This document shows positions 30,335 to 42,585 of a stretch of DNA of 64,000 bases, one piece after another. The notes beneath the pieces are model-generated. The model did no database searches, was not told where the DNA came from, and saw only the letters and a list, made by a program, of their open reading frames with translations. The position numbers and the translations under genes were made by a program. This DNA comes from Cyanophyceae cyanobacterium (GTDB lineage Bacteria; Cyanobacteriota; Cyanobacteriia; Cyanobacteriales; JBHJGN01). The DNA lies in contig JBHJGN010000007.1 of assembly GCA_050331735.1 (NCBI GenBank), forward strand, positions 32,001 to 96,000. Reading direction: 5' to 3'. How positions within the stretch are numbered: position 1 is the stretch's first letter; every line of letters begins with the position of its first letter.

Positions 30335-30450
30335 ATACCAAATCCAGTTTAGATAACCGACTTAAAAATTAGGCGAGGCAGGGGGCAGGAGTCAGACGGC
30401 AGGAGGGTTTGACAAGGAAGAAGAAAGAGGTGTGAGATTCGGATTTGGTG
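30335..30450. repeat. MITE-like element with ACCAAATCC/GGATTTGGT terminal inverted repeats
   Basis: 9-bp perfect TIR with purine-rich heptamer-like interior. Confidence 0.5.
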
Positions 30451-30552
30451 CCAGAGGCAGCTCCGTTGCTTTTGGGTAAAGCAGTGCTGCGCCAGTGTTC
30501 CCTCAAGGAGAGCTACAGCGAGGCAACACTGCTGGCTCTTTTGGTCTGAGTG

Positions 30553-31506
30553 CTACTCTCGGTTTAGTTCTAGGCTGTCGTCGTCTATTCTGCCATTGAC
30601 CTCGGCGAGGGTCTCTTGGGTTTTCCGATGTTCCTTTTCAATGGGTTTGAGCACCGATTTAGGAAGCTGGTCGGCTTTAGCTAAGGCTTGCTCAAAATAA
30701 CCAAACGCTTCCTCTAGCAGCGCTACACTCTCTGCTTCTCGTTGAGCAAGCTTACTCTGATGGCGCAGCAGATGTCCCTTTAAATACAGCAGCTCTGGAT
30801 TATCGGGAGACGACTGAAGCGCCTGTTCAGCAAATTTTAAAGCGCGATCGTACTGTTCTAAGTCTCGATAAGCCACCGCAATGCCTCGGTCTACCAAATA
30901 GTCCGGAGCCGCGTACTCCTGGAGGCGTTCGATGGCATCCCCAGGACTAGAAAACGGGAGATTGACAGCTAAAATGAGATCCAGATATCCTTTGATTAAA
31001 TTCAGCTCCGGGTCGTTGGCGGCACTATCTTCTGCTTTGTCAAGATGCTGAAGCACTCGCTGAAGCTTGCTGATGGCTCCGATAATATCGTCTTTGGTAA
31101 TAAAGTTGTAAGACCCTTCGAGAAAATGACCGACCGCTAAATAGAGGTTGCCCCGCAGGGGATCTTGAGCACTGAGCTGAGCGGCTGTTTGAAGAGTTTT
31201 GTCTGCATAAATTTTGAGAGTTTCCCAATCTTCTTCTAGGTAGCTTAGAGAAGCCTGCATCGCGTGGACGAGAGGTTCATCGCGTTCAGTGTCTTCTGCG
31301 GCGCGGAGGTAAGATTTGGCGGCTTGATAGTCTCCTGCTTTAAACAGAGCTTCAAAAGCGGCTTCGGTTTCCTCCCCAATGTTGCGCGGGTTCCTCGTTC
31401 GAAACGGATCTCCAGCCAGAGCCGAGCTGCCCCACACGCTGAGCATCATCGCCACCCCAGAACAAGTCATCAGAACCTTTAATAGACTAAACCGAACGTT
31501 TCTCAT
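30553..31506 (-). CDS. Exported TPR protein (Sll0314/Alr1548-like)
   Basis: Signal peptide then AGDPFR, TPR helices, DPELNLIKGY. Confidence 0.75.
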   Translation of the reverse strand: MRNVRFSLLKVLMTCSGVAMMLSVWGSSALAGDPFRTRNPRNIGEETEAAFEALFKAGDYQAAKSYLRAAEDTERDEPLVHAMQASLSYLEEDWETLKIYADKTLQTAAQLSAQDPLRGNLYLAVGHFLEGSYNFITKDDIIGAISKLQRVLQHLDKAEDSAANDPELNLIKGYLDLILAVNLPFSSPGDAIERLQEYAAPDYLVDRGIAVAYRDLEQYDRALKFAEQALQSSPDNPELLYLKGHLLRHQSKLAQREAESVALLEEAFGYFEQALAKADQLPKSVLKPIEKEHRKTQETLAEVNGRIDDDSLELNRE

Positions 31507-31639
31507 CGTGTTGGTATCAGTAGGGTTTCATGGGTGTTGGCGGAGCTGTCGGTCGTGCAGAAGCTTTAAAGGCGATCGCCACGAACCGTAGCTGTCAGTG
31601 TCACAATAAAGATCGGCCCGATTGCTCAACTAGTATTGG

Positions 31640-32287
31640 ATGCTCTATCTAAAAAATTTAGTCTATCATCCCCCGGCGACACCTACGCCGATCCTGCAAG
31701 GAATCAACTTGGAACTAGCTCCTCAGCAGTTAGGACTGATAGTTGGTCCTAGCGGTTCCGGCAAAACGACGCTGCTAGAAATTTTGGCTGGGCTAGCAGA
31801 AAAAACGGACGGAGAAATTTTCTGGCGCACTCAGGCACTTACGCCTCTTCATCTCCAGCAGCTAGGAGGCATTGTGTTTCAATTTCCAGAACGGCATTTT
31901 TGTGGCAAAACCATTTTAGAGGAGCTGCGGCTCGGGCATCCCGAACTAGGCCGAGAACGGGTTAAAGAAGCTCTCAGCGAGGTGGGGCTAGAGCATCTTG
32001 CTTTCGAGACGCCGCCTCACCTTTTAAGCGGCGGACAGCAAAGACGGCTGGCCCTTGCTGTTCAGTTAATTCGCCAACCGAATCTGCTGATGCTGGACGA
32101 ACCCACGGCGGGGCTAGACTGGTCTATGCGCCGTCAGTTAGTGAAGCTGCTGGCAAAACTGAAAACCCACTGGACGCTTCTGGTGGTGACCCATGACGCG
32201 GGGGAACTCCTCAAAATTGCTGACTGCTGCTGGCAGATTCATCACGGTAAACTAGAGCCTGTAACGCTGGAGACCAGTGACCAGTGA
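31640..32287 (+). CDS. ABC transporter ATP-binding protein (ECF/CbiO-like)
   Basis: GPSGSGKTT, VFQFPE, LSGGQQRR, LDEPTAGLD. Confidence 0.9.
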   Translation: MLYLKNLVYHPPATPTPILQGINLELAPQQLGLIVGPSGSGKTTLLEILAGLAEKTDGEIFWRTQALTPLHLQQLGGIVFQFPERHFCGKTILEELRLGHPELGRERVKEALSEVGLEHLAFETPPHLLSGGQQRRLALAVQLIRQPNLLMLDEPTAGLDWSMRRQLVKLLAKLKTHWTLLVVTHDAGELLKIADCCWQIHHGKLEPVTLETSDQ

Positions 32288-32372
32288 CCAGTTAAGCAAG
32301 CAATTTGTTAACTCGCTCCCCGCTCCCCAATAACAATTGGTAACTGGCTTAACGACGATTGAGGACAAGAAG

Positions 32373-32969
32373 CTATCCTGGAGAGACCATTCGCACTAGC
32401 AGACCCAGAATGGGCGGCACTGGGGGCAGGGGATAATCAATCAAATCGATGGTAATGATTTGTTTGTTGAGCTGCAAAAAACGCCATTGGGTGCCACTGC
32501 TGATGCAGCCGTAAATCGTTGAAATGTTTTGCTGCTTTGCTTCGTTGAATCTTTGAGCGGCAACCATTTCGGCAACACATTGACCGAGACCTAACGTGAG
32601 ATCGGCTTTTTTGGCTTCTACCATCATGACGACAGGGGCCTGAACAAGCAGTCTTTCGGCAGAGCGACTGAGAATAAAGTCGCAGACTCCGTTTAAACCC
32701 ATACTGGAATCGACGTTAAACTCTTCTCCAGAAAACAGGCTCACTCCTGGCTGAAGGATTCGTTTGACCTCTAGCAGGACTGGATAAATAATGCTTTCTG
32801 AGCGGGCTTTCTCACTAGCTGAGCCAGTCAGCGGTAAGCTCTCTTGAAGAAAGGCGGCTAGAGTTGCTGACGGTTCGATCGGTTGAGCAGTCAGAAATCC
32901 TTCTCCATCGACGAGAGACAAGTTAAAGCGTTCCACAGCTTCTTGGAGAGTAAACTGGCTATAGGGCAC
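32373..32969 (-). CDS. Conserved cyanobacterial hypothetical protein, PD-(D/E)XK nuclease-like
   Basis: SEKARSE, GVCDFILS...VEAKK, GQCVAEMVAAQ. Confidence 0.6.
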   Translation of the reverse strand: MPYSQFTLQEAVERFNLSLVDGEGFLTAQPIEPSATLAAFLQESLPLTGSASEKARSESIIYPVLLEVKRILQPGVSLFSGEEFNVDSSMGLNGVCDFILSRSAERLLVQAPVVMMVEAKKADLTLGLGQCVAEMVAAQRFNEAKQQNISTIYGCISSGTQWRFLQLNKQIITIDLIDYPLPPVPPILGLLVRMVSPG

Positions 32970-33082
32970 CTTGTTACTCCTTCATCTAAGGTCATAGATT
33001 TTGGGGTGGAGCGGTTGAGTGAGGAAACCCTCGTTACTGTTGACCATTGGTGGCAGGAAACCTAACCTTGAAATAGAAAATT

Positions 33083-33835
33083 ATGTCTGTCTACAACCCA
33101 TCCCCACTGATGAACCTGCCGGACTTGAATCAGATTTGGCAGACTTTAGCGTGGCAGCCAAATGAGCATCAGCAGCAGCAGTTTCAACAGCTCTATCAAG
33201 CAATCCTAGCAGGAAACAGTCAGTTCAATCTGACGCGCATTGTTGCTCCTGATGATTTTTGGGAAAAGCATCTGTGGGATTCTGTGGCGGGGGTGATGGA
33301 CTATCAATTAGCGCCTGCTGCTTTCAAAGCAATTGATATTGGCACAGGAGCCGGGTTTCCTGGAGTTCCTCTTGCGATCGCCTATCCAGACTGGCACGTT
33401 ACGTTACTCGACTCTACCGGCAAAAAAATCCGCTTTCTGCAATCCCTCCTGACTCAGCTAGACCTCAAGGCCACTGCCCTTAACAGTAGAGCAGAAGCGG
33501 TTGGTCAGCACCCGGACCATCGAGAATCCTACGACATCGCCGTGGTGAGAGCAGTCGGGGCGGCGGTCGTGTGTGCGGAATATGCGCTGCCGCTATTGCA
33601 AATCGGAGGTTTAGCCGTGCTCTATCGCGGTCGCTGGAGTGAGGAAGAACAGCTCGCTCTTCAGTACGCTGTAGAGCAGCTCGGCGCTGAGATTGAAGGG
33701 ATTCGTTCATTAACGACTCCTCTGAGTCAAAGTATTCGTCACTGCGTTTACCTCCGCAAGCGCTCCTCAACGCCGTCTCAGTTTCCTCGCGCTGTCGGAG
33801 TGCCCCCACAGCAGCCGCTGACCATTAATTTTTAG
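33083..33835 (+). CDS. rsmG: 16S rRNA m7G527 methyltransferase
   Basis: NLTRI, KHLWDS, DIGTGAGFPG, RAE, FPRAVGVP. Confidence 0.95.
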   Translation: MSVYNPSPLMNLPDLNQIWQTLAWQPNEHQQQQFQQLYQAILAGNSQFNLTRIVAPDDFWEKHLWDSVAGVMDYQLAPAAFKAIDIGTGAGFPGVPLAIAYPDWHVTLLDSTGKKIRFLQSLLTQLDLKATALNSRAEAVGQHPDHRESYDIAVVRAVGAAVVCAEYALPLLQIGGLAVLYRGRWSEEEQLALQYAVEQLGAEIEGIRSLTTPLSQSIRHCVYLRKRSSTPSQFPRAVGVPPQQPLTINF

Positions 33836-33857
33836 TTGTCGTTATTGATGTTGAAGA

Positions 33858-34190
33858 ATGAACAGAAAATTTCAGGTCATTGCTATCTTAGTCATGTTGG
33901 TCTGGGGACTAGTCAGTGGAGAGGCAACGGCGGCAGAGACAGAAGCCGGAGCGATTTTTAGAGTCAACTGTGCGGGCTGTCATCCTCACGGAGGAAACAT
34001 TATTAGAAGAGGGAAAAACCTCCACCTCAGAGCCCTACATAAAAACGGTGTCGATTCCCAGGAGGCGATCGCGTTTCTCGTTACCCACGGCAAAAATAAT
34101 ATGCCCGCCTATGGAGAACGCTTAAGCCCCGAACAAATTGAAGCTGTTTCTGCCTACGTGCTCGAACAAGCGCAGCATCGCTGGCGATAA
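33858..34190 (+). CDS. petJ: Cytochrome c6-like protein
   Basis: Signal peptide, CAGCH heme motif, NNMPAYG Met ligand. Confidence 0.8.
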   Translation: MNRKFQVIAILVMLVWGLVSGEATAAETEAGAIFRVNCAGCHPHGGNIIRRGKNLHLRALHKNGVDSQEAIAFLVTHGKNNMPAYGERLSPEQIEAVSAYVLEQAQHRWR

Positions 34191-34540
34191 CCAGCTCACT
34201 CGCACCCAGCGAAGACTCGGCTGACAGGCTCAGTTGAGCTGATGGTTGCTCGTTTAGTGTTCCTCACCTTTTCCTACTCCGTCAGTAGGCAGCAGAGAAC
34301 TCGCCTTTTGCCCAACTCTCGCTGCCTAGCCTCACCCTGTTCAACGTCTAGCTAGTAACATCTCTCTCAATTCGATCTCTGCCACAGCCTAAAAAATTTG
34401 CGGACACTTTTCCCAAAAAAGCTCAATACGGCGCGATACATGCCAAAATTATGAGAATTTGCTAAGTATTTTCTCAGAGGGTTAATTTTGGCCGTCGAAT
34501 TGGGAAGCATGGATTCATCAACCAACCTCCATGGACCCAC

Positions 34541-37108
34541 ATGATTCGCTCAACCTCCGCTACCGCCAGCAGACGCGATCGCCCGTACGCTTTCATGTTG
34601 CTCACTAGTTTGATGGCGATGCTTGTTGCAGCAATGACCTCATCCTTGAGCCTAGGGACAACAATATTTTGGATGCTGTTGCTGCTGTTGGGGGTGGGGG
34701 CACATCATTCAATGAGGTATCAGCAGGCCCAAAGAATGGGGGCCAAGCGAGAGCACTATCTCGCCGCTTTGATGGCGGTTAAGCAGGAATTGTTAACGAA
34801 TTTCGTGTGCGAATCCTGCGAAGCTTGTTTTTTAAATCTGCTGAAACCGCTGGGTCAGGCTTCAGGAGCCAGCCGAATTTGTATTTTTGAATTCCAAAAC
34901 CTCAATCAGCACTTGATTTTGAGGGCCGAATGGCGCACCGCAGACCGGAACGCCCATAGCAGTAGCCTAACTTGGCAACGCTGTATTACTTGTCAGTTCC
35001 CTCGGTGGAAAACTTCGCTATCGCGAGGAAAAGTTCTTTGGGAGACGATTGATTCTCCATCTCCGACTACGGTATTGCTGTTACCGATTATGGTTCATGA
35101 AGAGCTGTTTGGCTTTCTCAGCTTCGAGAATTCTCCCCAGGCGCAGCCCTGGAAGCCCTGGGAAGTCGATCTGCTCATCGCCTCAGCGGAGGCCATTTCT
35201 CTAGCTCAGGAGCGCCTCCAGGCCGAAACAAAGCTCCGACAGCTCAACGCCAAGCTTGAACTGTGGGTCCAAAAACGAACTGCGGCCCTGAATCGGGCTG
35301 TGGTCAAGTTACGGCGCGAAGTTACTGAGCGCCAGCACACCGAGAAAGCTCTTGAGAATTCCCTCTCTTTGCTCCAGGCCACTTTGGAATCGGCCTTCGA
35401 CGGGATTCTCGTTGTAGATCGTACCGCCAGAATTGCGAGCTTTAATCAAAAATACGTGCAGATGTGGCATCTGCCCCAGTCTGCTATTACGCTACACGGC
35501 AATGTAGAAACAGCCTTCGCCCTATCGTCAGAGCAGCTAGCAGCTCCAGAAAAATTTATTGCTCAAGTCAGAGCTCTTGACGCGCAGCCAGAAGCAGAAA
35601 GTTACGACGTTCTAGAGCTCAAAGATGGCAGAATCATCGAGCGCTACTCTCAACCTCAGCGCCTCGGTCAACAAGTGGTCGGTAGGGTGTGGAGCTTTCG
35701 CGATGTCACCGCCAGCAGGCAGGCTGAAAAAACCATTTCATACCAAGCGTGGCACGATCTGCTCACTCAGCTTCCCAACCGGGCTTCTTTTGATGATAAA
35801 CTGGCCCAGTCTCTCACTTTGGCGCGACAAAACCACGGCAAGCTGGCGGTCTGTTTTTTAGACTTAGACCGCTTCAAGGCCATTAACGATACTCTCGGCC
35901 ATCCCATCGGCGATCGCCTCCTTCAAGATGTGGCCCAAAGACTGACAAACTGCCTGCGGGACGACGACATCTTGGCTCGCTGGGGAGGTGATGAGTTTAC
36001 GCTGCTGCTGCCCCAGATTCACGGGGTAGACGATGCTGCCAAAATTGCCAAGAGAATTTTGGAATCTCTCAAGCCAACTTTTACCATTGAAGGCCATCAA
36101 CTGCGCATTAGCAGCAGTATTGGGATTTCACTCTATCCTGATGACGGCACAGATGCTCAAACTTTGATCAAAAATGCCGACGCCGCTCTCTATCGAGCCA
36201 AAGAGCAAGGACGCAATAACTATCGCTTCTACAACTCAGTAATGAATAAAGGGACGGCTCTACTCGTCCTGGAAAACGACCTCCACCAGGCTTTAGAGCG
36301 GGCAGAATTTTTCATCTCCTATCAGCCACAGGTGGAGGTTGAATCTGGAACCATTACGCAAATGGAAGCCTTAGTGGGCTGGCAGCACCCCTCCCTGGGC
36401 CTAGTGTCTCCGCGAGCGTTTTTGCCCCTCGCTGAAGACAGTGGACTGATTGTTGCCATTGGGGAGTGGGTTCTGAAAACCGCCTGCCGTCAACTTAAAG
36501 CTTGGCACAATGCTGGGATGACTAACCTTCGGGTGGCCGTCAATCTTTCTGCTAGGCAGTTTCAGCAGCCTAACCTGGTTGAAATGGTTGAGGATATTTT
36601 GTCCGCAACCGAGCTATCGCCACAGTTTTTAGAGCTAGAAATCACCGAGACGACGGCGATGCAAAACGTGGAACTCACCCGGACAACTCTCATGAATCTA
36701 CAGAAAATGGGCGTGAGTATTGCGATGGATGATTTTGGGACCGGGTATTCTGCCCTCGGCTATCTGAAAAAGTTCCCGATTCAAACTCTTAAAATCGACG
36801 AGTGTTTTGTGCGGGATCTGATTCATAATCCTGATGACGTGGCCATTATTATGGCGATTTTAGCGTTAGGACATCGCCTCAATTTAAGAGTGGTCGCCGA
36901 AGGAGTCGAAACTCAGGAGTTGAAGGAGCTGTTGAGCGAGTTACAGTGCCAGCATATGCAGGGATACTTCTTTAGCTGTCCGCTAGCGACAACGGATGCC
37001 ACGAAACTATTAGTTCATCAACAAGAAAGGCAATCACAATGCTCCCGAATGCCTCCGGAAACGTTCTGCCAATGGGAGCACTCTACCACTCGGAATTGCT
37101 CCGCATGA
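34541..37108 (+). CDS. Membrane GAF-PAS-GGDEF-EAL c-di-GMP signalling protein
   Basis: Two TM segments, GAF, PAS, WGGDEF, EAL, DDFGTGYS, AEGVET. Confidence 0.92.
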   Translation: MIRSTSATASRRDRPYAFMLLTSLMAMLVAAMTSSLSLGTTIFWMLLLLLGVGAHHSMRYQQAQRMGAKREHYLAALMAVKQELLTNFVCESCEACFLNLLKPLGQASGASRICIFEFQNLNQHLILRAEWRTADRNAHSSSLTWQRCITCQFPRWKTSLSRGKVLWETIDSPSPTTVLLLPIMVHEELFGFLSFENSPQAQPWKPWEVDLLIASAEAISLAQERLQAETKLRQLNAKLELWVQKRTAALNRAVVKLRREVTERQHTEKALENSLSLLQATLESAFDGILVVDRTARIASFNQKYVQMWHLPQSAITLHGNVETAFALSSEQLAAPEKFIAQVRALDAQPEAESYDVLELKDGRIIERYSQPQRLGQQVVGRVWSFRDVTASRQAEKTISYQAWHDLLTQLPNRASFDDKLAQSLTLARQNHGKLAVCFLDLDRFKAINDTLGHPIGDRLLQDVAQRLTNCLRDDDILARWGGDEFTLLLPQIHGVDDAAKIAKRILESLKPTFTIEGHQLRISSSIGISLYPDDGTDAQTLIKNADAALYRAKEQGRNNYRFYNSVMNKGTALLVLENDLHQALERAEFFISYQPQVEVESGTITQMEALVGWQHPSLGLVSPRAFLPLAEDSGLIVAIGEWVLKTACRQLKAWHNAGMTNLRVAVNLSARQFQQPNLVEMVEDILSATELSPQFLELEITETTAMQNVELTRTTLMNLQKMGVSIAMDDFGTGYSALGYLKKFPIQTLKIDECFVRDLIHNPDDVAIIMAILALGHRLNLRVVAEGVETQELKELLSELQCQHMQGYFFSCPLATTDATKLLVHQQERQSQCSRMPPETFCQWEHSTTRNCSA

Positions 37109-37151
37109 GGCGGAACGGGCTTCTCCTCGACGGCTCTAGAGCGGTCGTTGG

Positions 37152-38198
37152 CTAAACGCCTTTGAAGCCTACGGCTGTTTCCATGTCGTCTGCGGCAGCA
37201 GTCCTAGCCACCTCAGAAGCCTGACGACGAGAAATCCCGAGCTGGTTAAGCATAATACCTATAAGAATCACAGAACCGCCGATATACTGAGCCGCTGTTG
37301 GTGTTTCTCCAAGGATCAGAGCTGCGGCTAAAATTCCGGCGATGGGACTAAACGAACTCGCCAGAGAATAGTCTGAGGTTGTGGTTCGTCTTAGCCCGGT
37401 ATACAGCAGAACTTGACCGCTAGCCACGATAATAATTCCATAGACAAGCATCCATTGCCAGAGCAACGGCGAGAAAACATCTCGAAAGTGTTCTGGTCCA
37501 TACAAGATGACGGCAGCGACCCAAAAAATGACCGTTCCTAATGCGGTTCGGAAGATGCTGAAGATGCCTAGGGGCACTTCTCCCAGTGCGGCTTTGCTGA
37601 TGATGGTCGAAACAGCCAAAGCGATCGCCCCCACCACCGCTAGCAGTTCTCCTCGGCCAATCTCTAGTCCGGCCATGGTCATCATCGGCTCACTAGCTGG
37701 CTGAAGCAGGATCGTCAACACAACGCCTCCAAAAGCGACCACGGCTCCCGCCATAATGAGCCCGTTGACCCGTTCTTTCAGCAACAGCACCGAGAGGGCT
37801 AAACTCAGCGGCGGTCCGATGCGCCCAATCAAAATCACGTTATTGACAGTGGTAATGTCTAGGGCAATGAATGTCAAAGCAGGAGCCAGCGTTCCCGAAA
37901 GCAGGGCGACTCCCGACATCCCGAGCCAGTCTTGAGGAGAAAGCGACTGGAGATGACGAGGTGACCACTGGCGATAGTAGAGAGGAATTAGGGCAAACAG
38001 AGCGCACAGATTACCAACAAACAGAACGTTGCAGAAAGAAATTGGGTTTCTCCCGTCAACCAGATTGGTTTCTCCAATGAGAGTAAGCTGGCGTACGACT
38101 GCATTGGCAGCGGCAAACAGCATAATCGCCGTTAGTAGATAAGCGCGTCCCGGAACTCGATCGAGAAGCACTGAAGCGCGAGCAGCAAACTTGGACAT
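37152..38198 (-). CDS. DMT/EamA family transporter
   Basis: About 10 TM segments in two EamA repeats. Confidence 0.85.
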   Translation of the reverse strand: MSKFAARASVLLDRVPGRAYLLTAIMLFAAANAVVRQLTLIGETNLVDGRNPISFCNVLFVGNLCALFALIPLYYRQWSPRHLQSLSPQDWLGMSGVALLSGTLAPALTFIALDITTVNNVILIGRIGPPLSLALSVLLLKERVNGLIMAGAVVAFGGVVLTILLQPASEPMMTMAGLEIGRGELLAVVGAIALAVSTIISKAALGEVPLGIFSIFRTALGTVIFWVAAVILYGPEHFRDVFSPLLWQWMLVYGIIIVASGQVLLYTGLRRTTTSDYSLASSFSPIAGILAAALILGETPTAAQYIGGSVILIGIMLNQLGISRRQASEVARTAAADDMETAVGFKGV

Positions 38199-38286
38199 AA
38201 AGCCGATTTATTCAGAGCGTTACGCTCAGTAGAAATAGTTACACCCTACTTTGACACGCCGGTTGAATCATTAAAACTGTCTGAGA

Positions 38287-38700
38287 TTATCTGACCAATC
38301 GCTGATATTCTCTTTTGATGCAGGTGTCCGTGATTAAGTTGATCCGGCTCAACGCTTTTTGAGCAGCGCGGTCATCAGAAACACCGAGCTGTGCCCAGAC
38401 GGTTTGAACCCCAACAGCGATCGCCTCTTCGACAATCTCTGCCAAACAGTCGGAACGACGAAACACATTGACCAAATTAGGGACTTCTGGCAGTTCTCGC
38501 AGACAAGAATAGCTCGGCTGACCGTCAATTTCTTTGACCATTGGATTAACCGGATAAACTAGGTAGCCAACATCGCGCAGAAATTGAGCAATCTGATAGC
38601 TCGTTCGGCTCGGCTTGTCTGAATGACCAACAACAGCGATCGTTTGGGTCTGCATCAGCACCTCCCGCAGTACCTGGTCATCCTGGTTTAAATTCGGCAT
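38287..38700 (-). CDS. CoA-binding protein (YccU-like)
   Basis: IAVVGHSDKPSRTS, YPVNP, VNVFR, WAQLG. Confidence 0.9.
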   Translation of the reverse strand: MPNLNQDDQVLREVLMQTQTIAVVGHSDKPSRTSYQIAQFLRDVGYLVYPVNPMVKEIDGQPSYSCLRELPEVPNLVNVFRRSDCLAEIVEEAIAVGVQTVWAQLGVSDDRAAQKALSRINLITDTCIKREYQRLVR

Positions 38701-38888
38701 CTTCGTCGCTGTTGATTGTGCATTTTTATAGTCTATCGTCTACCCAAAGCCATCAGGGTTTGAAGCGTTTAAACTAAGAGAAGCTCTTCGCTATTAGTCG
38801 TGAGCCATTGGCTAATTGGCGCTTTAGGAAAGCTAAGAGCTAATTGCTAACAGCTATCTTGAAGCTAAAAGCCCACGCTTCCCCCTGA

Positions 38889-41500
<2,612 letters not shown>

Positions 41501-41655
41501 ACTTTTATTAACTTATTACAACTTTCAAAAAACTTTCTCTTAACGAGCGTAACAGACAGAACTGAAAGCCTTTTCCCCAAGAAGGGGACTCAATCGAGTT
41601 GATTAAATCATCCCGCTCTGTAGAGAATGGAAACTAACTTTTGTCTCCTTAGTTA

Positions 41656-42510
41656 ATGCAATTTCCTGCGCTCATTGTTGATTCCCACTGCCACAATGCA
41701 GAAGGCCCTCTATGGCATCCTTTTGAGGAGTGTCTGTACTGGACAGATATTCCTCGCGGTTTGTTGTTTCGCTATGACCCGGCGACTGGTGCCACCGAGC
41801 AAGTTTACTCTGGAGAACCGGTCGGCGGCTACACAATTCAAACCGATGGCGCACTCCTCCTGTTTAAAGCGCGGGGAGTGATTGAAAGATGGCATCACGG
41901 CAAGAGTACAGTAGTCATTCCTGAAATCCCCGATGAACGAGATACTCGCTTCAATGATGTCATTGCCGATCCGGTCGGGCGTGTCTATTGCGGCACGATG
42001 CCCAGTTCTCAAAGTTTAGCAAGGCTCTACCGCCTGAATATTGATGGTTCCCTGGAGTTGATTCTAGAGAATATTGGACTGGCGAACGGGATGGGATTTA
42101 CCCTCGACCGTCAGCAGTTTTACTTTACAGACTCGATTGCGAGGAAAATCTACCGTTTTGACTACGATATGGAAACCGGAGAGCTAAGTAATCAAACGGC
42201 TTTAATTTCTATCCCGACCGAGGAAGGAGTCCCAGACGGCATGACGGTTGATGCGCAGGGACATATTTGGTCCGCTCGCTATGATGGTAGCCATCTGTAT
42301 CGCTACTCCCCCAAGGGAACAGAAACGCTCCGTCTTCCTTTCCCGACTCAAAAGATTACTAGCGTTACCTTCGGTGGCTCAGATTACCGACAAATGTATA
42401 TTACGACAGGTGGTGGGGATATTTGGCAAGAAGGAGGAGCCGGGGGAATCTTTCACATCGATCTCGATATTCAAGGAATACCAGAATTCTTTAGTCAAAT
42501 TAGGAACTGA
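41656..42510 (+). CDS. SMP-30/gluconolactonase family protein
   Basis: EGPLW, RFND, NGMGF, PDGMTVD. Confidence 0.92.
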   Translation: MQFPALIVDSHCHNAEGPLWHPFEECLYWTDIPRGLLFRYDPATGATEQVYSGEPVGGYTIQTDGALLLFKARGVIERWHHGKSTVVIPEIPDERDTRFNDVIADPVGRVYCGTMPSSQSLARLYRLNIDGSLELILENIGLANGMGFTLDRQQFYFTDSIARKIYRFDYDMETGELSNQTALISIPTEEGVPDGMTVDAQGHIWSARYDGSHLYRYSPKGTETLRLPFPTQKITSVTFGGSDYRQMYITTGGGDIWQEGGAGGIFHIDLDIQGIPEFFSQIRN

Positions 42511-42585
42511 TAGGAACGAGACAAGCACAACTATTTCTACACGATTTTTGAGCGGGGACTCTTAAGCAAGAAGGACGCTAGAGCA

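Noticed and set aside
38229..38242. NtcA-like site GTA-N8-TAC upstream of the EamA gene
   Set aside because: No -10 box at the canonical spacing, and a 6-bp match is expected by chance
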